Source: Caecitellus pseudoparvulus
Lineage: Eukaryota > Protista > Bigyra: Bicosoecida
Length of the DNA stretch: 64,000 nt
Direction of reading: 5' to 3'
Assembly (NCBI GenBank): GCA_965644315.1
Contig: CBFFRQ010000089.1
Span: 248,001 to 312,000 of the forward strand
A model generated the notes under the pieces. It searched no databases and was not told the DNA's origin. It saw only the letters and a program-made list of their open reading frames with translations. Within the stretch, counting starts at the first letter, position 1, and every line of letters starts with the position of its first letter. The translations under genes and the position numbers were made by a program. This document shows, piece by piece, positions 22,902 to 32,673 of this stretch.

Positions 22902-25900
22902 ATGTCGAGCAGTACCGTCAGCGTGCAGGCGGAGAACGGGCTGGTCGCAGCGCGACTGGCTACAACGACTGTCAATGTCTTTCGCCTGTCGCGGGACCAA
23001 GTCCCAGAAACGGACCGCATTGACCCTAAGTTCACAGGGTCATGCCCTGACATCGGCATGGTGCCGAAAATCGCCCCCCTCGGAACGTACCAAGGTGCCC
23101 CGACGGAGATCGCGGCCACACTGCTCGCCGAGTGGGACCTCTACGCCATCACCCGTCTTGGCGTCCTGTGCAAGTGGAATGTCAAGGTAAGCAACGCGAA
23201 CGCCCTTGTTCCATGTGTTGTATCTGTTCCAACATGCTGCACGTTGCAAGTCCTGTGCCACCGCAGAGTGAGGCGCTCATTTGGCGAGTACAGCTGGATT
23301 TGGGCAACCTCCGCCCAGACTCCCTTGTGGACGTCTCCCACATGGCCCGCAACCGACTGCTGGTGGTGACCAACAAGACTGTCATCGCCGTGCGCCCCAG
23401 CAACGGCAGCGAGGTGTGGCGTGGCCCAGTGCTTGGGGCGCAGGCCGCCGTCATGGAGTTCGACCTTTCAGCTGACGACCTGGAGGAGCGGGAGGAGGGC
23501 GCCGAGGAGAAGGAGGAGGCTGACTTGGACAGCCGCACGGCGGCGCTGGCCGGGCCCAGGGTGCGGCTGCATGCGCCTGACAAGCACGTGTACCTGTTCT
23601 ACGAGCAGAGCGTGCTCATTTTGGATGTCCGACACGGGGCACCGGTCAGCCCACCTCCCCCGCCCCGCAAGCCTCTCGCGCAGCGCAAGGCAGAGTGGCA
23701 GGCAGCTGTGGACGAGGGCCGGGCAGGCAAGGCTGGTGCGGCCTTTGACTTTGTGCACCCGCCTCTGTGGAGCACACAACTGGCTGACAAGCAGCGCTTG
23801 CCCAGCCCCGTCCTGCCCCGGTTCGACGAGGTGTCTGAGGCTCTGGTGCTGGAGACGAACACCCCGGGTGAGCCGCGCCTCATCATCGCGGGCTTCAACG
23901 GTGGGCTGTACGCGTGGGATGCAAACATGCGCCCCATGTGGCAGTACTACTTGGAGCGCGACGGCGCAGCGCGACCTGCTGGCTTCAAGCCAAAGCGCAT
24001 CGGCAAGTACGACGCGCCCCACGACGACGAGACTCTGACAGCCTTCCGTAGGCTGCTCGTGCTGGAGGAAGAACACATGTTGGTGGGCATGGATGACGAC
24101 AGCTCCATTCACTGCCTGTTCCTGGGCAAGAACGCTGAGGGCTCCACCAAGCGCAAGTGGACCGTGAAAGTCGAGGACATGGGGCTGACGGACGCCTTCC
24201 TGGACAAATTGGCGTACCTCCCTGGCCGAGGCCAACTCCTTGTTGCGACTGAAGAAGGCAGTGTTGCCGGTCTGCTGGCGACGGATGGAGGGCTGACGTT
24301 CTCGGTGCAGCAGAGTCTGCTGCGAGGTCAAACCACGTCCTGCACACTGGTGCCCCACGCTCCTGGCACGACTGTGCAACGGGCCTTGCGCCAGCCACGC
24401 CCGGCCGCCGTGCACATGTTGACAGAAGCTGATGATGCGGCATGTCCGTGGGACAGCAACCAGCCGGCGCAGGGGTACGAGCTTTTTGCCAGCGTCGTGT
24501 TGTCTTCCGACATCTTTGGTGCTGTGATGACACTGGAGATCCTAGGCCCTGCTGGCTCTGCCAACGTCGCACCGGTGCAGGCGAAGGACATTGCCAATCC
24601 CCTGGTGGGCGCCGCGGTGCCTGGGGGCAGTCCGCCCACAGGCGAGCCGGGTGCTGTGCAGCAGATCGGCACGTTGCAAGCTGTGCCGCAGTGGCTGGGC
24701 AAGTCCCGCAGCGCAGAGTACTCGGAGAAGTGCATCTTGTCCTTGCCTGATGCCGGCATGGTGATTGTGGGCAAAGACCGAGGAGAAATCGAAGCGTGGA
24801 ACATCACAAGCGGCGCGCAGGCGGACGCCAAGGCCGTGAACGGCCCCAAGGCAAGCGCCTTCCTGCGGTGGCAAAAGTTCGCCATGGACTATGCCCACAT
24901 CACAGCCCCATGGGAGCTGGCCGTCGATGGACCGGTTGCTGCTCCCGTGGCGGCGAGTCAGCCCCCGCCCGCTGCCACGGGAAGCGGCGCTGCAGCGGGC
25001 GGCTCCGATGATGATGACGATGAAGAGGAAGAGGAGGGCGGCGGCGGGCGATCAGCACGCAAGGCCAAGGCACAAATTGAGGATTTGAGCGACTTTGACG
25101 TGGCTGTCGGCGTCGTGGCGCCAAAGGCTGGCCTCGTGCTGACTCTGCATGGCTCCATGCACGTGCGTGCGTGGACCGCTGCGACGGGCAAGTTGGTGTG
25201 GGTGCGGCATTTTGGAGACGATGACACCCTTGCGCCGTACAAGGACAACTTTCATGCAGTGGTGTTCACGCCGACTGGCTCTGAGCAGGAGCTATGCGCG
25301 TTCAACATGGAGCTGGATGAAGTGCCGTACTTGGTCATCGTGGACACCCGCAGCGGGCAGATGGTGCAGGCGACAGCCCTGACCAGCAAACCAGAGACGG
25401 CGCACTGTGCGCAGAGCCTGCACTACCTACAGGATCGGGGCTGTCTCGTCGTCTCGTACGAGTTGGATGTGCCCGAGATGGAGGAGATTGACGACGAGGA
25501 CGAGGCCGAGAGGGAGGCGCGGGAGGACGAGTTCCACCGCAAGCCGGTGGTGCTGTTCAGCGTGCAGGCACCAGGCAGTGGCTCCGCGGCTGCAGGCGCA
25601 AGGGCGGGCGGCCTGGGCTCTCTCCCAGCGGAGGAGCTGAAGAAAGGTCGACTGCCGAGGGGGAACCCAGCTGCCGACCCCGCCATCATTCACCGCTTGC
25701 TGTTGGAGAAGCACGGGGTTGGCGCAGGCATGGCGCTAGACACGACCAGCGGCATGGCCATCATCCCCAGCTACGACTCTGCGGTGACAGGGCTGTCAAT
25801 TTCAGAAGGCGCAGTGGCGTGGCAGTACATGTACTCCCTCGCAGCTCAGCGAGCGTACCCACACCCCGAGCACAAGAACTTCTCATGGTCCAGCACCCAC

Positions 25901-27901
25901 TTCATTGCTGAACAGGGACGCCTGCTAGGGTTGATATCAGGGTCAGCCAAGTATGGCGCCCCCCCGGAGAGCCGCGCAGAGACGATGTCTGACGGTGCTC
26001 TGCTGGTGTGTTTGGATGTGAAGACAGGGTTTGAAACGGGCCGCGTCATGCTGGACGTGCCGGCCAGCAACGTCGAGATTGCCTCCTCTGACTCCCTCAT
26101 TGCCATCGTGCAGGCAGGAGTCGGCGTGTCACTTCGGCGCGCGAGCAACCTGCAGCTGCTGCACGAGTATCCATACGAGTTCTCGGGCGTGCCTGCCCTC
26201 ATGGCATTTGTGCAAGCAAACAAGGCGCTCTGCTGCGACTTCGGCGGCAGCATCATTGAAAAGGGCGGGCCTGCAAAGCCTGGCCATGGCTCTGCTAGCA
26301 CGCTGCCCCGCCACCTGCTCATCCTCGGCACGGGCGGGGAGGCAGTGTCCTTGGACGTTGCGGGCTACCTTGGCCCTTTGCATGCGTCGCCCCAGGTGGA
26401 CTTGGCGGAGTTAACCCTGGAGCCACCGGGTCTGAAGCAAACCTTGGGGGTGGTCATGCCCACCGTGCAGATGTACATTGCCCTGGTGCTGTTGGTGGTG
26501 GACTTCCTGCAAATGGTCGCCTTCGCGTTCAGCGACGCGGCCAAGGTTCCCCCTGGGCAAGAGGACGCCCAAAGCACGCTGAGCTCCGTCCAAGGTTTCG
26601 GGCTGGACATCACTGTTGGGTTCACCGAGGTGTTCATCGCTGTCGTCGTCTTTGTCCTGCTCTTCCTCATCACCATCAGTTTCTCTGAGCGCATCGAAGC
26701 GTGGGCGTTCGTGAACAAAGAGAGCACCAACGCCCAGCTTGCGTGGCAAGGCATGACGTTCCTGGCAAAGCTGATGACAAGCATCCTCCTCATTCCCATC
26801 ACGCGCGTGCTGGTGACCGCCTTTGACTGCACCGAAGTTGGCGGCAAGCTCACGTGGGACGGGGAGTCTGGGCAAGGCGTCGTTTGCTACGAAGGCAGCC
26901 ACATGGTGCTTGCCATTCTGGGGGGCGTCACGCTGCTTCTGTACTTCCCCCTCGCTGTGCGCCTCATCTTGGTGGGCAATGATCTGTCGGGTGTGGAGCT
27001 GGACCTGGTGCGGTTCTGGGACTGGAGCGGGGATGACCGCAGTGACCCCCCTCGTGAGCACTTCCTGTCCGAGCGCAGCAGCTACTATGGTCCAGTGCAG
27101 GCCTTTGTCAAGCTGCTGGCGTCTATACTGTCAGTGTTGCTGGGCGCACAGCAGGCTGTGGCCGCCACTCTGCTAGTGGTGCTGTTGGGCGTGGGTCTGC
27201 TCATCACGAGCCTCGTGTCTCCGCGGTACTACTACGCCTCCGCCAGCAAGCTGCGCACTGCTCTGGATGCAGGAGTGCTGTGGACGTACGTCTGCTCCTT
27301 TATTGCCACTGCAGTGATCCAGGGAGGAGCAGACGTCTCCGACGGTGGCCTGAACGCGCTCCTCACGTACCTTCCAGCGGTCATCCTGCTCATCATTCCA
27401 GCGGTGCTCATCTGGCAGTGGCAACGCCCAGACCTGTGCACCTGCCTCAAGGCGGTTATTCCCGGCGCGAACATGTTCCAGTTCCAGCCCAAGGCGTACT
27501 CCATCGACGCTCCCAGTGACGCGCTGGCGCCTGGCGTGGGAGACGCGTCCTCCGCCGCGCAGCACTACGCGTCAGCCTCTGTGGCCCCTGAGGACGTGGA
27601 GATGGCCATGGTCACGCACGGCATGCCCCGAGCGGAGATGTGGACGACAAAAACCCTCATGAAGGGCTCCATGCGCGTCGTGGGTCAGGCAGAGGTGGAG
27701 GCACTCATGTCGCACGATGATGCGGTAGACTCAGATGATGACTCAGATGACGACGGCGGGGACGTCGCCAGTGAGGACGGCACCAGCGACGACGACGCGA
27801 GCGAGGGCGGTACCAGTGACGATGGTGCCAGCACGTCGCAAGATGGCAAAGAAGGAGCCGTCGCCAGCGACGGGGACATGGGCTCTGACAGCGACTGGTG
27901 A
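22902..27901 (+). CDS. PQQ/WD40-like beta-propeller protein with C-terminal 8-TM module and acidic tail (~1,639 aa)
   Basis: Exon 1 is 22902-23186 (..KWNVK|gtaagc), followed by an 80-nt intron and exon 2 at 23267-27901. PQQ-like motifs: AVRPSNGSEVW, LYAWDANMRPMW, AWTAATGKLVW, GLSISEGAVAW, CLDVKTG. Eight hydrophobic helices lie at ~26470-27420, followed by a D/E/S-rich C-terminus. Confidence 0.8.
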
Positions 27902-27968
27902 GGCAATGCAGTGACGTGGCGTGAAGCTGTGCATTCCACCCCCCGCCCGCCCTCGACACCAAGCCGCA

Positions 27969-29712
27969 TCACGCATCCATGCTGGTGTCATAGCCCACCT
28001 GCCCATACCCTCCGCCTCCTCCGCCCTGCATGGCGACGTACCCAGTGGAGTAGCTGTCGCCCATGGCAGCTGGGACGCCGCCTCCTGAAGGCCCGCCGAA
28101 GGCTTCTGCGTCAAAACCACTGCGCTCGCCAAAGACAGTGTCATCTCCGAAGTCGCCCCCTCCTGGCATGCCCACATCGCCGAAGCCCTGCCCTTGGAAG
28201 TCATAGTCGGTGGGGTCGGGGTCCATGTGGTGGTGCAAGAGTGCGAACACGCCGGCACCAAAGAGCGCCCCCACAAAGGGCCCGACAACGTACACCCACC
28301 AATTGCCGATGTGTGTGTGGTCATCATGTGGCAGCAGGGAGGCAGCAGCGGACAGGCCCGCGCCCAAGGCGGGGTTGAAGACGCCAGACGCGCCTGTGCC
28401 GTTCTTCGTTGCACAGTAAACGCCAGAGGCAACAATGAAGCCAATGGTGAAGCCACGCCGGTTCAGCATGCGCACATCCTTGGGGTCGGCAGAGATGGGC
28501 GTCATGACTGTGCACACGACGTATACGAGCAGCGCTGTCCACAGCACTTCAAACGCCATGGCGCCTGAGGCACCAGACAGCTGCCCTGGCTGAGGAAAGT
28601 GCACTTCCCCGTGCAAGCCATACACGACAAAGGCAGCGCCAAAGCCGCCCAGGAACTGCGCCAGGGCTGTGACGCCCACCTTCCAATATTCTGAGAGGGG
28701 CACACCCCACCGGAGGGCGGCGCCCACTGTGACTGCCGGGTTAAAATCCACACCACAGACATGGTCCCCCATGTACACCATGGCCAGGAGAATGCCACCC
28801 ACACCCAGGGAGGAGCCGTTCAGGGCGTACACGAGGGTCAAATAGAACGTGCCGATGAACTCGACAACGGGGACGACGGAGGGCAGGCGCCCTCGGGCTG
28901 TGTCCTGTGTGTGCCAGTCTGAGTTCATGAACACCTTCAACAGCGCAGCGGCGACGGTGCCCACGATGGGCGCCGTCCAATACACCCAAATGCTGTCCAT
29001 GCCCGTGTTCCGGCCGGTGATGCCTGCAAGGAACCCCATGGCCGTGTTCACAGCAGGGTTGTACACTGAGACGTTGAGGGGGAAACCCGCCGACACGCCA
29101 GCCAACACCGTGAAGCCGATGGCGATGCCGTAGTAGCTGTTGGGTTCGCTAGAGTTCTTCTCTGTGGCGACGTTCAGGTACACGAGGACGATGGCCAGGG
29201 TGAAGAGGCACTCCAGCACCCACGCCGCGACGAGGGGGGCGCCGGATGCGTTCGTGGGGTGGGCTGTCTGCGTCACGTCGGAGCCTGCCAGGATGAAGGA
29301 CGTGACTGCGCCCATGCACGCTCCCAGCAGCTGCACGACGATGTACAGAATGCCCAGCGCCCACTGCATCTTGCCTGTCAAGCAGACGCCCAAGGTGACT
29401 GCCGGGTTGAAGTGAGCTTCTGAAATGTGCCCAAAGGCGTATGTGAGAGAGGCCAGCGCCACACCGATGGCAACGGCACCGCCCTGCAAGTCCTCATGCA
29501 GCATGGTGAGGGAGACCATGAGGGTGTAGAAGAAGGTGCCAATGCACTCAGCGATGAGTGACTGAGCAAGGGCGCACGTGGGAGAGGTTGCAGAGGAGCA
29601 GCGCGGTGCACGAGTGCAGGGCGTGGTGGTGTGCCAGCCGTCACCCTGACGCTGGCACACTCCAGGCGCGACGCACCTCCAGCTTCTCGACATGCAGGCC
29701 GCTCTTGTGCAT
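27969..29712 (-). CDS. Tandem double aquaporin (two MIP domains in one ~542-aa chain)
   Basis: Exon 1 is 29712-29677 (MHKSGLHVEKLE|gtgcgt), the intron is 29562-29676 and exon 2 is 29561-27969. There are two EC/FIGTF helix-1 motifs and four NPA boxes (HFNPAVT, YNPAVN, DFNPAVT, FNPALG), and each half ends in a W-V-Y-x-x-x-P-x-V-G helix. Confidence 0.9.
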
Positions 29713-30446
29713 GGTGGGTAGATTATGGAGTTCCTGGCAGCCACAGGCCGGGGCTGGGCGCCCTGCACACGGCCTGGGTGGCCGGTCTGGCCTTGTCTGG
29801 CGCGGAAGTTGAGCAGCACGCTGCACCCCAGCGCAGGTGGAGTGGGTGGCGAGCGCTTGTAGCGGACAGAATGGCACCAGGCAGAGAACGTTGATTTCTC
29901 AGAAGGTTTGTGGAATATGGCGCGCTGGAGGGCGCTGGTTACCGCATCGAGCCCGCTCGAAGCAGGTGGCCCAACTCCGCCTCAGCGAAGAGCACGAGGA
30001 GGGGTGTGAAGGGGCCGTCAAGGCTGCTGAACACGCCCCCTCTCGTGGCGTGCGTTCAGCCAGCAAAGTGAAGTGAGTGGCTCCTGTGGCTGCAACGTGG
30101 CGAAGGCAGCGGCCGCCCAAGTCCACATTCAACAAGCGGCTTGAAATTGAAAGCCGTTCCACTCTCCAAGTGTTTCGTTCAACATATGCTCAGCTCGGTA
30201 CGTCGCCCGTTGCTGCAAGGTGTGCGTCGGGAAATCACGCCCGAATTTCCGCACACCACGCTGTGTTTCTGCGCTACGCGGCGCTGAACGCTGCCCCATA
30301 GCTCAGGATGCTCCCTGTGCACTGTCAAACTTGTCGTGCACGCTTTCCTCCAAGTTCATGTGCTCAGTCCGCGCTTTCGCCTTGCACAGCCTCGTACCCT
30401 GACGTGCAGCAGTTGATGACCAAGAAACGTGCGCTCCAGCTCAAAC

Positions 30447-32617
30447 ATGCCGACTCACGGCATGGGCGAAGTGCAGGGCGAGGCTGCCTCGGCCCCCGTG
30501 CAGCCAGCCACATTTTACCGAGGAAAGGTCGCGGTGGGCGCTGAGGCCGTCTTGCAGCGGCTTGTGGCCAAGAGCAAGGAGGCTGCTGCAGTGCACCAGC
30601 CGCCAACCAAATCCGCAAAGGCTTCAGAGCAAGAGGCGTGGAGCGGCATGACGGTGCGCAGCAGCAACGCCATGGCAGCCTTCACGTTTGCCATGACAGC
30701 GCTGGCAGGGCCCGCGTCTGTCGGCCTCACGGTGCGTGATGCGGCGTTTGACACGCAAGTGAAGTGGCAGCGATGATGGGTGCATTTCCTTTCACTTCCC
30801 CCGCCTTTCCGCCGCAGATTGCCAGCCCTTCCGGCGCCTTGGGCGTGCGGCTCTTCGCTGGCATGGCAGCATGTGTCACAGGTATGCAGGCTGTGGCGCC
30901 TCATGCGACGCCAGTGACTCGCATCATCCACAACCGCCTGGCCTACCCCGAGCCCAACTGGCAGCACCACACAATCCGCTCAGGAGTGGAGAGCCTGGTG
31001 TTCTTGGGCGGTGTCGCCCTGGCGCGTTTTGCCCTGGAAGGCATGGGTGGCCCCATCGCCCTCTCAGCTGCTGCCCTGCTCACGGGCGGCATGCTGGCCC
31101 TGCTGGCGTGCGCCGGCGCCGAGCTGGGGCTGCAGGCCCTGGACGGCCCCCCCACGCCGGAGCACGAGGTGAACACGGACCCCACCATGATTTGGCGAGA
31201 GGAGGAAGGCAAGTCTGTGCTGGTGCCTGCCCTGCACCTGCGCAAGGGCGGCTCCACCCCCCTTCGCACCGACATCACCATGGCGGAAGTTGCCCGCCAC
31301 AACAAGCGGGAAGACGCATGGATCGTCATTGAGGGCCAAGCGTACGACGTGACGGGCTACATTGACTCCCACCCTGGCGGCTGGCTGCCCATCGTGGACC
31401 TGGCGGGCAAGGATGTCACCGACGCCTTTGCCAACTACCACCCAGCTCGCGTGTACGCCAAGATGCTGCCCATGTACCACATCGGCAGTGTCGTGGACTA
31501 CACCGTGTCAGACTTTGTCTCGGAGCACCGCGCCTTGCGCCAGGAGCTGCTGCGCACCAACCAATTCGAGAGCAAGTGGTCATACTACGGCTACCTCGTC
31601 GCGTGGCTCGCAATCCTCCTCGGCACGGCGCTGTACCTGTCCCTGGGCTGCACCTCCACCACCGCCCACATGGCCGGCGCGGCCTTCCTGGCCTTCTTCT
31701 GGCAACAGGGGGCCCTCCTGGGCCACGACGTCGGGCACAACTCCCTTACCCACGTGCGGGACGTGGACCAGGCGGTGGGCGTGGGCGTGCTGAACCCGCT
31801 GCTGGGCGTGTCCATGGCTTGGTGGAAGCGCAGCCACAACGTGCACCACGTCGTGTGCAACAGCATCGAGAACGACCCCGACATCCAACACATGCCCATC
31901 ATTGCCGTGGACAAGGGCATCTTCGGCTCCTTCTGGTCCACCTACCACCAGCGCCAAGTCATCACCGACGCGGTCGCGCGGGCCCTCGTCTCCATCCAGC
32001 ACATTATCTTCTTCCCCGCCATGGCCTTTGGCCGCTTCAACCTGTACGCCCAGTTCATCATGCTGCTCAGCAGCTCGGAGAAGGTGTTCGCCAAGCGGGC
32101 CGAGGTGGCATCCCTGCTCACCTTCGCCGCTGCCTTCACGGCGCTGTCTTTCGCCACCACCTCCACCTGGGGCGAGTGGTGGGCGTACACCCTCCTGAGC
32201 CACGGCCTCACCGGCGTCCTGCACGTGCAGATCGTCATCTCGCACTTCGCTGAGGAGGTGTACCACGGCATGGCCTACAACGACGACGGGGACGAGTGGT
32301 TCACCATGCAGGTGCGCACGAGCCTGAACGTCCTGTGCCCTACGTGGATGGACTGGTTCCATGGCGGCCTGCAGTTCCAGACGGAGCACCACTTGTACCC
32401 TCGCCTGCCCCGCCACAACCTGCGCGTGGCGCGGGAGAAGGTCATGGCCCTCTGCACCAAGTACGACATCCCGTACAAGGAGCTGCCTTTTTTCCCGTGC
32501 ATTGCGCGGGTCATCACCAAGATGGCGGAGACCGCCGCTGTCGCCCGCACCCTGGAGAAGGGGGATGGGGGTTTCTACGAATGCGCTTTGCACCACGGCA
32601 TGAACGCCATTGGCTGA
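30447..32617 (+). CDS. Cytochrome b5-fused front-end desaturase, most like sphingolipid delta-8 desaturase, with hydrophobic N-terminal extension (~694 aa)
   Basis: Exon 1 is 30447-30731 (..VGLT|gtgcgt), the intron is 30732-30817 and exon 2 is 30818-32617. Heme motif HPGG. His boxes HDVGH, HNVHH and QTEHH sit in WWKRSHNVHH..NS.E.DPDIQHMP and WMDWFHGGLQFQTEHHLYPRLPRHNLR contexts. Confidence 0.9.
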
Positions 32618-32673
32618 GCGGAGATGGTGGGAGCCCGGTGTCGTGATTGAATACACAGTAACAAACGCAGCCG

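Noticed and set aside
27767-27826. Imperfect 30-nt tandem duplication (ASEDGTSDDD/ASEGGTSDDG)
   Set aside because: Ordinary slippage within an acidic low-complexity tail.
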